Part shown: piece after piece, positions 50,371 to 62,662 of the stretch
How the letters are laid out: every line of letters starts with the position of its first letter
Position numbering within the stretch: the first letter of the stretch is position 1
NCBI GenBank assembly: GCA_024137785.1
Contig: JAHRHZ010000283.1
Coordinates: 19,123,302-19,187,301 of the forward strand
Length of the DNA: 64,000 bases
From: Ginglymostoma cirratum
Lineage: Eukaryota
Reading direction: 5' to 3'
Notes under the pieces: model-generated
Seen by the model: only the letters and a program-made list of their open reading frames with translations
Databases searched by the model: none
Told to the model about the DNA's origin: nothing
Made by a program: the position numbers and the translations under genes

Positions 50371-50699
50371 TTAATTAAGTTTGATAAAGGGTGGATTGTT
50401 GCTGTGTTATCAGATAATGTATCATGGTTGAAGAAACACTGTTGACAGCCTATGGTAGCACAACTAAACAGTGCAGGACATATAACACTGAAAATTAAAG
50501 GTTTTCTGCAAGCAACTGTACAACACCGAGGTTGACAGATAAGGGTAATTGTATTTGTGCTTCATAATCGTGAATTCTCACTCTTGAGCATAAATGTGTG
50601 TTTTGACCCAAATTATCTTCAAATGGCTGAAAGAGCCAAATTTGTTAAAGGTCAGGGAACAGTCAGTGATGGAATGAACTGACAAAGAACATTTGTTTT

Positions 50700-51358
50700 C
50701 TGACAGCCATAGAAGCATAATGGATAATCCTGAATACCAAAGGAATCTGCAAGTAGATATTGATAAGGTAGTGAATAAGGCAGAATTGTGGAAGGTGGTA
50801 TTCATCAGTGAGTGTGAGGTGCTATATCTATGCAACAGAAAATTATAAATTTTATAATATTAATTATAAAGGAGAGAAAGGTGGATGATGCAAAATAGAG
50901 GTATTTATGGGTTCAAGTTCCTAAGACTTTTGTGCTGCATAAAAGGATACAGCTGTTATTAAAAAAAAACTAATGGAATGCAGGGCACTATGTTACAGGA
51001 AGCAGTTTATAAAAACCAAGCAATAATTATAATTTTCCATAAAATCCTAGCGAGACCACACAGTTGGAGTACTGTGTATAGTCTCGGGATGCACATTCAA
51101 GGAAAGATATTAAGGCAACTGTAAGGCTACAGTGCAGATTCACTCTGATGCAGTTTAGTGTGAAGGCCACAACTGTGAAGCAATGGGGAGATTTTTGGTG
51201 ACTAGAGGATTAAGCCATGATATGATGAGGATGTTTAAAAGTATTATGAAGGGATAGGACAATATAGATAGAAACAGATCTTATCCAGTGACTGAGAAAC
51301 TTAAATAAATGTAAGATATTTGGGCTGAAAGCAGGAGAAACATTTTGACACAAGATTT
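50700..51358 (+). mobile_element. Ancient CR1-like RT C-terminal remnant
   Basis: ctagcgagaccacacagttggagtactgtgtatag (RP.LEYCV), gtgcagattcact, gaggatgtttaaaagtattatgaagggataggac. Confidence 0.6.
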
Positions 51359-53180
51359 TGCTTTTATTCATTCACAGGTTGAGGGCATCACTGGCCGAAC
51401 CAGCAATTCTTTACCATTCCTGGTTACTTTTGAGAAGGTGAACTACCTTGAACCACTACAGTCCAATTGGTGTAAGTTTACACAAAATGTCAATAGGGGA
51501 GGAATTCTAGGACTTTGACCCAGCGACTGTGAAGGTACGACAATACATTTCCAAGTCAGGATGGTGAATGGCTTGGAGGGGAAGTTGCAGGTGATATTGT
51601 TTCCATGTGTCTGCTGTGTTTGCCATTCTAGATGGTAGTGCTTGTGTGTTTGGAAAGTGCTGTCTAAGGAGTCTTGGTGAATTTCTGCAGTGTGCCTTGT
51701 AGACAGTACACATTGCCGCTACTGAGCGTCACTGGTGGAGTGACTGAATATTAATGGATTTATGTGAATCAAGCAGCTGATTTATCTTGGATGGTGTCAA
51801 GCTTCTTGAGTGCTGTTGGAGCTGCAGCCATCCAGGCAAGTGGGGAGTACTCCATCACACTCCTGACGTGTGCCTTTTAGATGGTGGACATATGCTGGGG
51901 GGGTTAGGCGGTGAGTTACTCGCTGCAAGATTCTGAGCTTTAGCCCTGCTCTTGTAGCCACAGAGCTTATGTGGTGAGTCCAGTTGAGTTTCTGGCTAAT
52001 AGTAACTCCCAGGATGTTGATAGTGGGGGATCGTGTGATGGTAAAGCCATTGAATGTCAACAGTTAGATTGTCTGTTATTGGAGATGGTCATTGCCTGGC
52101 ACTTGTGTTGAGCAAATGTCACTTGCCACTTAACACTTGCCCAAACCTGGATATTATCTGAGGAACTGTAAATGGTGCCAAACCTTGTGCCATCATTTGG
52201 GAAACATCCCCAGCTGAAATTGGGCCGAGGACACTACCCTGAGGACCTCCTGCAGCGTTGTCTTGGAGCTGAGATCATTGACCTCCAGCAACCACAACCA
52301 TCTTCCTATGTGACAGATATGACTGCAACCAGCAGAGTGTTTTCCCCTTTAATCCAATTGACCCCAGGTTTAGTTGAGCTCCTTGATGCCATATTCAATC
52401 GAATTCAGCCTTGATGTCAAGGGTTGTCACTCTCACCTCACTTCTAGAATTCAGCACTTTTGTCCATGCTTAAACTAAGGCTGTAATGAGGTCAGGGGCT
52501 GAGAGGCCCTGGCGGCTCCTAAACTGAGCATTAGTGAGCAGGTTATTGCCAAGCAAATGCTTCTTGACATCCCCATTGAAGACAGCTTTGATCACTTTAC
52601 TGATGATCAAGTGTAGACTGATGGGAGGATTGTTGTAGATTTGCTAGGTCGGAATGTCCTGCTTTTAGCATACAGGACATTCATGGAAAATTTTTCACAT
52701 TGTTGGCAAATGCCAGTGTTGTAGCTGTAGTGGAACAGCTTGGCTAGGGATATGGTAAGCTCTGGAGCAAACGCCTTCTATTCAGTACGGAGTTGTGGGA
52801 AGAGTCCTTGCAGACTCAGAACATTTCTCTATCTACAAATGCTGCCAGACCTGTGTTTATCCAGCATTCTATGTTTGTTTCAGGTTTCCAGCATTCAAAG
52901 TATTTTGTCTTTACTCAGTACTATTACAGGAATGTTGCCAGACCCCATATTCTTTGCAGTATTCAATGCCTCCAACCATTTCTCGATATTATGTGGAATG
53001 AATCAAGTGGTCTGAAGATTGGCAACTGTGATACTAGAAACCTCTGAAGGAGGCTGAGATGGATCATCATCCCAGTACTTCTGGCTGAAGATTGCTGTGA
53101 ATAATTTTTTCTCTATTTTGCACGGATGTGCTGGTCTGTCCCATTATTAAGGATCAAGATATTTGTAGAGCATCCTACAT
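51359..53180 (-). mobile_element. Second CR1-clade LINE family (as 39900-41053), longer degenerate copy
   Basis: TFNGFTITRSPTINILGVTISQKLNWTHHI; gccttgatgtcaag (LDIKA); tgatgatcaagtgtagactgatgggaggat (PISL.LII). Confidence 0.88.
52825..52915 (+). mobile_element. Old PLE 3' tail fragment inserted in the LINE
   Basis: aaatgctgccagacctgtgtttatccagcattctatgtttgtttcaggtttccagcattcaaagtattttg. Confidence 0.55.
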
Positions 53181-53324
53181 GTTGAGAGGCTATGATAGCT
53201 TGCCAGAGTTTATCAACGTTGAAAGTAAATTGGGTAATTGAAAGAAAGGAAAATAAAGGGCAGTGGAATCAAAGAAGGCACGTTGGATGAAGTCATATGG
53301 AAGACAGGGTAATTGGACCAAGCA

Positions 53325-53491
53325 ACATCATAGGAGCAGGAAATCTTGACGTTTCGGGCCTAGACCCTTCATCGGTCTAGGCCCGAAACGTCAAGTTTTC
53401 CTGCTCCTATGATGCTGCTTGACCTGCTGTGTTCATCCAGCCCTATGCTTGTTATCTCGGATTCTCCAGCATCTGCAGTACCCTTTATCTC
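53325..53491 (+). mobile_element. PLE family A hairpin insertion, 15 bp TSD
   Basis: TSD taattggaccaagca at 53310-53324 and 53492-53506; palindrome gacgtttcgggcctagacc-cttcatc-ggtctaggcccgaaacgtc. Confidence 0.92.
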
Positions 53492-53995
53492 TAATTGGAC
53501 CAAGCAGCCAATTTCCATGAACTCAAGAAGCACCCATAGTTCCTTTTGAAATATATTGATACACCATACCACTCTTGAAACAGCAGTGTAAAAAATAATT
53601 GTCACTGTGAATTATTCATCTTTTGAAATAGTTACTTTGGTTTAATTTTTGGTAGTCCTGTCAATTGAAGCAACGGAAAATTTCTTGAAGAGTTGACTGA
53701 ATTCTGGCGAATCCTAAACTGGTTTTTCATGTTCAAGGTTTTCCAACTGATGGGATGTTGCAAAATAACTGCGTCAACCTGTGTGTCAACTGAATGGAGG
53801 AGGGCAGCCTTTTCATACCCCGCACACTTCATGCAAAAACTTTCCAATACATTTTCGTCCCTCTAAAAGCACAGGTGCTCAGTTGATAAGAACCATTTTT
53901 ATTTTAAATTCTTTTCAAATTGCAATAGGGAGCATTCCATCCAGAATTTCAGCAATCAACAGTTCCACAGTTGCGGAGCTTAACTTTATTGAGCT

Positions 53996-54185
53996 CAAGA
54001 TGTGCAGGCTAGGTGATTGGTCTTGCTCAAATTGCCCGTAGTGTCCAGGGATGTTTGGGTTAGACATGGGGAAATACAGGTGTAGGGGAATGAGTCAGGG
54101 TGGGATGCTCTTCGGAGAGGCGGTGTGGACCTGTTGGGCCGAATGGCCTGTTTTCACACTGTAGGGTTTCTATGATTCTATGATT
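53996..54185 (+). mobile_element. HE1-type SINE 3' half
   Basis: caagatgtgcaggctaggtgattgg...ttgggccgaatggcctgttttcacactgtagggtttctatgattctatgatt. Confidence 0.85.
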
Positions 54186-55464
54186 AAAGATTTTCAATGG
54201 ACTGAGAATATGTCCTCAGCTGACATAACTAGTTACTTAGTTACATTCCTGCTACCACTTCAGAAGTTTCCCTGAAAACATTCCTGATTTTCCTTTTTGT
54301 CTATTTTATTTCATTTTCCACTTTATTTTTCAATAAAACACAGCAATTTTTCAACCAAAATATACACAGTACTACAGTATTTAAGTCAGTGTATTAGGAG
54401 AGGTTCCAAGGTGTCAATCAAATTGGTTTTAATTGGAACATACCCCTGGAATTTATCCACTAATATACAAATTCCATGACTCTTGCATACTGAAAAAAAA
54501 CTAGCTCAACATTTTGGGAACTTTCACTTCTGTTCAGTATTCTTCTTTTGATGAATATAGTTTGGATAGCGTAGTTGTTTTTGCTTTGCTAAATACATGT
54601 CGATGATACCTTAGGTAATGCTTTATTCAAAGAAGGAAGTCTTATTGTGCTAATTTGTGAAGAAAGGAACAGAAAAAGCTATTTTTACAACAAGTCTGTT
54701 TCTCAATTACGTAAGTGAGGACTGTAACATGATCCAAACAGGTAATGTGGACATGAATAAAGAAATAACATTACTTCTTCAGTACATATTGTCTGACTGA
54801 CTTAGTTATTATAAATACTTATTCCGGATTCTGAAGGCAGATATGTCAGTTCTGGCTACAGTAGAGATTCACAGCTGGCATAAATCTGGTTTGAGGGATT
54901 AACAGAATTGATGAGACTTCAAGGGGAAGAAATTTATTTGAGTAGCATTCCTGCAATTGATTCTCCATTGACTGACAGCTTCAGTTGTTATCTACATAGC
55001 TTATGCAGGGTTCTTCAATGACCATTGTAGCATGTCAAATGGACTGTGATAGCAACAGTCCATAGAATTGCTTCTACCTGGGAAGTCAGTGTAAACAAAT
55101 TTCTCATACCTTAGAACTTTGTAAGGTCTAGAAAGTCAAGCTGGAAGTGTGCATTATGCATATTGCAATACAAGCATATATCTGAAGAATAATGAGTAGT
55201 CAGTGAATTGGAGTTACACAATAGGCTGTGCGCCAATGTAGTTGCTATTCTGTCAACCAGAAAGGGGGTTTTGGACATATGTTCCCCAGTTGACTAGATA
55301 GTGGGACCATCTTTCACAGAAAGATGGAACATAAAGTTTTACATGTTTCAAGGCAATTCCCCATACACCATGGCCAATTTTACACTGAGACTGGTGTTTT
55401 GACCAGGTGGATCAAAACCCCTATTTTCACAATCCTGAGTTGCCAGCAATAAAGATTTTATATA

Positions 55465-55975
55465 GAAACAGGAAGGATATTATTAAATTGGAGAGGGTTC
55501 CTAAAAGATTTACCAGGATGTTGCGGGACTGGAGGGTTTGAGTTATAAAGAGAGGCTAAAGAGGCTGGAGAGACTGGGACTTTTTTCATGGACTGTAGGA
55601 GGTTGAAGGGTGACTTTGTAGATGTTTATAAAATCATGAGGGGCATAGGTAAGATGAATAGCAAAAGTCTTTTCCCTAGGGATGGGGAGTTCAAAACTCG
55701 GGGCATATTTTTAAGGTGAGAGGAGAGAGATTTAAAAGGGACCTTTTTTAACTTTTTCACATAGAGGGCAATTTGTACGTGGAATGAACTACCAGAGGAA
55801 GTGATAGATGCAGGTTCAGTTACAACATTTAACAGACATCTGGACAAATATATGAATAGGAAATGGGATATGGGACAGATGCAGGCATGTGGGATTAGTT
55901 TAGTTTGGAAAACTTTGTTGGCATGAATGAGTTAGACCAAAGGGTCTGTTTCCATCTTGTATGATGCTATGACTT
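55465..55975 (+). mobile_element. CR1 (HER1-like) 3' end
   Basis: aggaaggatattattaaattggagagggttc...agatttaccaggatgttg...ggttgaagggtgac...gggtctgtttccatcttgtatgatgctatgac. Confidence 0.9.
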
Positions 55976-56315
55976 GATAAACTCAGCTGGATTTCTCCAG
56001 CACTTTCAATTCTTATTTCAAATCTCTAGCATCTGCAGCTCTTTGCCTTTATCAACATTTTATGTTCTATTTAGTAATGAAGCCATACCCTTCTCCAAAT
56101 AAAATGTACTTAAACAGTTTGCTAGAAAAAATAGGCAACCAATCATAAGTTTTCCATGATTTGAAAGAAGGGACAATTTTATTATCTGCAAACCCTGAGT
56201 GAAAAAAAGAATCAAGTTGCGCTGTCTAGCATTCATGCACACAGGTGCAAATTTGAAAAGCATGGGGCTGGATGAACACAGCAGGTCAAGCAGCATCATA
56301 GGAGCAGGAAAACTT

Positions 56316-56343
56316 GACGTTTCGGGCCTAAACCCTTCATCAG
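56316..56343 (-). ncRNA. Minimal hammerhead ribozyme motif, left arm
   Basis: Reverse complement CUGAUGA-A-GGGUUUAGGCCC-GAAACGUC, core intact. Confidence 0.7.
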
Positions 56344-56363
56344 AAAAATGATGAAGGGTTTTT

Positions 56364-56391
56364 CTGATGAAGGGTTTAGGCCCGAAACGTC
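56364..56391 (+). ncRNA. Minimal hammerhead ribozyme motif, right arm
   Basis: uuu-CUGAUGA-A-GGGUUUAGGCCC-GAAACGUC^aag; short stem I UUU/AAG. Confidence 0.7.
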
Positions 56392-57479
56392 AAGTTTTCC
56401 TGCTCCTATGATGCTGCTTGACCTGCTGTGTTCATCCAGCCCCATGCTTGTTATCTCAGATTCTCCAGCATCTGCAGTACCTTTTATCTCTGATGCAAAT
56501 TTGAAAAGGATAGTTCCAGTTCAAAAGGAAGATGAAAGGAATATATAGTTTAAAGTCTTTAGGGTGTCCTTAGTGGTGTTAAAGGTGTTAGCCCGAGGTC
56601 ATGGTTTTTCTCCGGTTCCCTTTGGCTTGAGTCTAAAATTCGTCTCCTCCAAACTTCCATTTACAGCTGCCTGAAACTTGGCAGGTTTGTACATTCAATT
56701 GTTTAAATTCCTCATTTCCAAGTTTAACAATTGTAGGCAATGTCTTTCATCTACAATATGGAAACTTATCATGCAGGTGTAAATCGAAATAGGAGATAAG
56801 AGTTTCTTCGCATTCGACTTTGTGGATAAATTTTCAATATTTTTTGACAAGAAAGTTCATTTCAGTTCAGACAATTTCATGCCTTACCTTTTGACATTAT
56901 GAAGCACAGATAACTGATTTGCTGTGATCATTTTCAATCGGTGAGTTCCCTTTTTAAAACCATTTTATTCTTAAAATCAGATAATGGAATTTGCATATCA
57001 ATTGTTTTTAAAATTCATGATCATACTATTGTGCTCAAGTCATATTGTACCCAATGTCAGCTGGAACTGATGGTTGCACTACTCGGAGTTACTACATCAG
57101 AACAAATTCTGCTGTATTAGAACAAATTATACCGTTGCTTTTGCATGGATGTGGACAGATTTTTGGGTGTAGCCTTAGTAAGGTTGAGTGAGATGATATA
57201 ATTTCTCTGAAATTGATTTGAAGTTTGATTTTTGGAGTGAGAGGTATGAGGGTGTTGGTGGAGGGAGAGGAAAGGGTTTATTCTTCTATTGCTTAATTCC
57301 TGTCCTTTTAAATCCTGTTTGAGTTTGGGCAATGCCAAGGCATAATTATGCAGTCATATATAAAATCTGGGTGTTGATGTTAAAATAGATTTAAGACTAT
57401 ATTAAATTTAAACAAAAAGACTCCTGGACATCAATAGTGACCTGAATTCGTAACAATGTAGAAAATGACCAGACCTAAT

Positions 57480-57922
57480 TCACTTGAGAAGTAACACGCA
57501 GATGGGAAGAGAAAGATTAAGAAGTGAGCAGAAAGCCTACTTTGGGGTTTAAGGTTATGTGAAAGTGAAAGGAAGGAAAGGACAAGCAAGGAACTTGAGA
57601 GGAAAAGTTCCAGACTGCTGCACCAGTGCAACCCAAGACTCTACTGCTAATGCCATAGCAAAGGGAAGAGGAGATGAAGAGAGAGAATCCAAGTGTCAGA
57701 GCTACACAGATGGTGAGTGAGAGCAAGAGATAGGGAATTATAGGAGGATAAAGATTTTAAATTTAATATGTTGAGGTTCAAGAAACCAGTGGAGGCCTGT
57801 GAGGGGCAGGTGATGGATGAATAGACTTGGTGCAAGTCAAAATATGAGCAATAGGGACTTGGATATGTCGGAATTAATGAAGATCACGTAGAAGAGGCAA
57901 TGGAGGAGATCATTGGAGAAGT
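57480..57922 (-). mobile_element. Degenerate L2-like LINE fragment
   Basis: Purine-rich tract aagttccagactg...ggaggataaagattttaaatttaa...gaaaccagtggagg...gtgatggatgaatagacttggtgcaag, typical of antisense L2 3' regions. Confidence 0.5.
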
Positions 57923-58050
57923 TGGCTAGGTGGGTTAGCCATAGGTTACAGGGGTAGGGTGTGGCTGGGTCTGGGTGAGATGTTCTTCGGAGGGTCAGTG
58001 TAGACTGGGTGGGCTGAATGGCCTGCTTCCACAGTACAAGGATTCTATGA
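57923..58050 (+). mobile_element. HE1-type SINE 3' fragment
   Basis: aggtgggttagccat...gggtctgggtgagatgttcttcggagggtcagtgtagac...gggctgaatggcctgcttccacagtacaaggattctatg. Confidence 0.8.
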
Positions 58051-58739
58051 AAAAAGCATGAATGGCTTCTATGAAAAGTCCGATCTTTTAAGTGATAAGA
58101 GATTCTAGTGGTGGAGGATGAAGGTTAACAACATGTATCAATACTTTAAAAAATGTAAGGCTCAAAGTTCAACTCCAAAAAAAAAAGTTTGAAAATTAAG
58201 AATAATTTGGTTAAGGCTGAGAGAACAAACAGAGAGGTGATGGGAGCACCATCATAAAATTGCACACAAAGGTCCTGGATTCGCTGAGCTTGATAATGAC
58301 TCACCTAGACTTTCCATCAGAAACAAACAGTATGGTACTTAACAATTAAAGGAAGAAGAAACAAGGGAGGCAAAGAGAAACTCCTCGGGAGCTGGAAAGT
58401 CTCTTGCTGTGCAGTTTTCCAATTGTTACACATGGTCACCTGACTAATTATGGACTGCACAATGAAAGTGAAAAGTAACGCAAGTTTGCTTTCCTTCAGC
58501 CGATTTCCAGATGAAATATTTTGACCTTGATCTTGTCACCAGTGATTCATCGGAGAGATTTTCTCCTTATTTGGAAAAGTATGACTGAGGCAATGAAATT
58601 CGACGGAGGAAGCTGACAATTTGTGCCACTACCTTCAGCATAGAATGGATTATGAACTGCTTCCAGGGAACATGTCATTAATGAAGTTGGTGGGATTGCT
58701 TGCTCACAAAAGAGTTTTGCATCTTGGCCCTGGGAAATG

Positions 58740-59428
58740 TTGTAGAACAGAGACACCCAAGGTGCAGGCACATAATTCCTTGAAAGTGGCGTCACATGTA
58801 GACAGGGTGTTGAAGAAGGCATTTGGCACATTTACCTTCCTTCAGTCAAAGCATTGAGAACCGAAATTGGGATGTCATATTAGACCTGTACAAAACATTG
58901 GTAAAACCACATTTGGAGTACTGCATACAATTCTGGTTGCCCTGCTATAGGAAGGTTATTATTAAACTGGAAAAGGTGCAAAAAAAGATTTACAAGGATG
59001 TTAACAAGACTGGAAGTTTTCGGTTATAAGGAGAGACTGGATAGGCTGGGAGTTTTTTTCCCTGGAGCGTTGAAGACTGAGGGGTAGCCCATTGAGGGGC
59101 ATAGATAAGATAAATTGCTAAGGTCTTTTCCCCAACAGTAGGGGAGTCCAAAACTAGAGTGCATATGTTTAAAGTAAGAGGGGAGAGAGAGAGGGAAAAA
59201 CATTTTCACACAGACGGTGATGCATATATGGAATGAGCTGTCAGAAAAAGCGGTAGAGATGGGTACAATTACAACATCTAACAGACATTTGGAGAGGTAC
59301 ACAAATAGGAAAGGTTTAGAGGGACATGGGCCAAACGCAAGCAAATAGGACTAGTTCAGTTTAGGAAACCTGGCGAACATGGAAGAGTTGGGCCGAAGGG
59401 TTTGTTTCCACACTGTATGACTCTATTA
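58740..59428 (+). mobile_element. CR1 (HER1-like) 3' end
   Basis: HNSLKVASHVDRVLKKAFG, LYKTLVKPHLEYCIQFW; tail gagttgggccgaagggtttgtttccacactgtatgactcta. Confidence 0.92.
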
Positions 59429-60099
59429 CTGTATTAACTGATTTACCTGTAGATATAAGATTTCGAAGAACAGAAGTGTTGATAAGATGCTAATTTGAAA
59501 CTTAGAGATTTTCCTCCAAGTAAGTGGACACCAGCAATTCAGGTTCTTGTGCAGTGGCAGTATCCGTCTCATTGAAGCTGGAGACCAGCTCCAGAGGTGT
59601 GTGGTAACATCTCTATATAGGTTTCTTGGAAAAAATCTAAACATCAGCGTTCAATTTAACCTACTTGAGTTAGCCATCAATGTGAAGTCTGTGAGTATGG
59701 AAGATTAATGCAAAACTATATCCACTTGCCCAGGAGAACATTTTAAGAATGTCCTGGTGTTGTGAAAATTGCTGTGCAAATCCAGGTCCAATCATTGTTT
59801 CCTGCAGTCGAAATATTCTCGTGTTATCTAAATGTAACACAAATGAGATATAGATTCCTTTTACTTAAAAATGTTTGGCCTTACTTACAATTAAACTAAT
59901 ATAGACAGGACAGAGCAGTTTCCAGACACAGCATGTGCCTCAGCTGCTAGAGAGCAGAGAGCCTGTGGTCATGTAATAAACATCCAGGGAGTTAGCTCAT
60001 TTGTATGTTGTGCTCTTAAAGAGAGATCACTTCTAATACAATTGTACAATACTTTATTTCATGAAAGTGGTCCTTTAGGATAATTTGCAAGTTATCTAT

Positions 60100-60365
60100 T
60101 GAGAGAGGAGAGAGATTTGTAAAAAGACATGAGGGGCAAGTTTTTAACACAGTGGGTGGTTCGTATGTGGAATGAACCTCCTGAGGAAGTGGTAGATGTG
60201 AGTACGATTGCAATGTTTAAAAGATATTTGGATAAGTTACATACATAGGAAAGGTTTGGATGGATATGGGCCAGGAGCAGGCAGGTGGGGCTAGTTCAAT
60301 TTGGGATTATGTTCGGCATTGACTGGTTGGACCAAAGGGTCTGATTCCATGCTCCATGACTCTGT
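60100..60365 (+). mobile_element. CR1 (HER1-like) 3' tail
   Basis: gagaggagagagatttgtaaaaagacatgaggggcaagtttttaacacag...gatatgggccaggagcaggcaggtggg...ggaccaaagggtctg. Confidence 0.88.
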
Positions 60366-61456
60366 CTATCTCCAGAAATAAACTTTTTATTTGTGATTAT
60401 ACCAAACCCTATTGAAGTCAGGGAATAAACTCTAAAGCTTTATGGGTTAAATCATTAGTATTAATTATGCCAGTTACAGTATATTTGAATGCAAATTATA
60501 CAATGTTCATTCTTCTTTAAGTAGAAATTTTGTTGTTGAATGTAAATAACAGTAATAGCAAATAATATGTATATCCTAGGGTGCTTCAGAAGTGCATTAT
60601 CAAACAAAATTTGACACTCTACCAAATATTAGTGACTAATAGTTCGCTGAAAGAGAGGTTTCAAAGTGCATCCTAAAGGAAACAGCACTGCAGAAGTTTA
60701 GGGGTTGAATTCCAGACCTCAAGATACAAGCCCGATTGTGCAGGCACCATGCTATGGCAATCTCACACATTCACCATGGATCACAGCTAGTGCAGCAAAC
60801 ATACTGCATGTACATCAACCGAATGGGCATGTCTCAAATCTTCAGTCGACTGAAGGAATACCACCTTCAGTCTGGGAGTTCCAGTATAGGATGTCAAGGA
60901 CCTTAGCTGCAATCAGTCCAGGGTTTGGACATGGTCAATAGGCTGCTTGGGGCAGTCATTGCCAGGGAGAACATATCACTATAGTCCAGGCAGTGGGCCA
61001 TGATCATTACACCAGTCAACAAGGCAGGGAGTCGTGTTACGTCAATCAGGGATCTGCACACACATCAGTCAGGAGTCTGGTCTGTGATCAGACAGGGCTG
61101 CCTATCCAAGATGGTCAAGAGATCGGACCATAGTCAGTCCTGGGAGTCAGCTCAATTAAAGTCAAGTTGAATCTCCAGGGGCCATCTCTGTGATAGGGAA
61201 GTTGGGAAGTCAATTCTGTGGATTGGAAACAGCATGTAAGGATGCAAAGGAGACAATAAAGGAGGAAATTCACCATATATGGGGGGACAGGGGAGATAAT
61301 GCATCGGAGGAAGGGGATACTGTAGGAGAGGGGGTTATTGACAGCCACATCCACCCTGGCCTCTAAGGTGGGGGAAGGGGGAGAGAGTAATGTAGCACAA
61401 TGTTTGACTTGACTAGGCTGACTAGTCTGCATTCTACACTGGGTATTAGGGGTAGG

Positions 61457-61656
61457 ATTGATTTGATTTAATTTGATTTATTATTGTCACACGTGCCAAA
61501 AGTATTGGTTTGCACGCTAACCCATCAAATCACACCTTACAAAGTCCACCATGGTAATAGAACAGAATGTAGAATGTACTGTTACAATAACAGAGAAGGT
61601 GCAGAGAAATATCAACTCTAATATAACTCTAAACTCCATTCATAAGTCTGATAACC
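61457..61656 (-). mobile_element. Rex1/Babar-like LINE 3' end
   Basis: (gattt)n tail then attattgtcacacgt...tacaataacagagaaggtgcag...ccattcataagtctgataac. Confidence 0.55.
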
Positions 61657-62662
61657 TGCACAGCTTGGTTCATAAATAATAATAGAATTACAAATGTGCT
61701 CTTCTATTTGCAATGGACTGCCAGCAGTGCCACCCATGTGCCGTCCCACTACTTGCCTGGTGTAAGGCTAACTCCTGCCTGGCAGTATTTCTCCAGGGAT
61801 GGGGATGGGTCAGGAGGGATGCTCTTTGGAGGGTTGATATGGGCTGAATGTCCTGTTTCCATAAAGCCAGGCTTTAAAAATGGTGCTGGTGGTGCAAATC
61901 CCTGCTGGCTAGTACTTCTGCCTCTAGCAAGAGGGAATAATAGACAGGCCGGGTCCCACAGATGCATGATGTGTAGGCAATAAGAAATGCTTCAGAGTAT
62001 AGCATGAGAAAACCAGCTAGGACTCCCGAAGAAACCTTCCATAAAACTTGCTGAAGTTGACACTTAACTGATTTCTGGTAAAATTGAGCCCACCCATTAG
62101 AATAATTTAATGTGACTTTTTCAAATTCCTTTTCTTTTAACGCATTATTGAAGTCATGATTTCTAGCAGCCATCAGTTAGCAACTCTTTGCCAACAACAT
62201 GTAAATATAAATGACTCCACGTTGGAGCCAAGTGGGAGCTCTGACTCAATCTGAGACTCTGGTATTTCTTAGTGTTGAGTCAGGCCTGGCTCAGATTTCC
62301 CTTTAGTTGCAACAGGTTCAACGTGTGACCTAAGTTTAGCTTTACTGTCGATGATGACACACAAACACTGGGGGAATGATGAAGAAATCAGTTATTGTAT
62401 CAATTTCCTGATAATCAACAACGACAGATGTTCTGCAGTTAACAGGTGTCACATTTTAAATTGTCTTTTTGTTGGGGGATTTTTCATTATGAACAATTCA
62501 TGAAGCTACATGGCTGACAACTGTCAGAACTCCACAGATGTCGAGGCGACATGTGCTCTCGTTGCTTCAAGTCCTGTGAAGGAATACCGATTACTTAGAA
62601 AGCTGCCAATATTTAAAGACATAGTCTTTGAAACATATTTGTCAAACACTATGCATTCTGAC

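Larger units (their letters stand above)
56261..56493 (+). mobile_element. Young PLE family A perfect hairpin insertion, 15 bp TSD
   Basis: ~90 bp perfectly complementary arms; TSD tgcaaatttgaaaag at 56246-56260 and 56494-56508. Confidence 0.95.
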
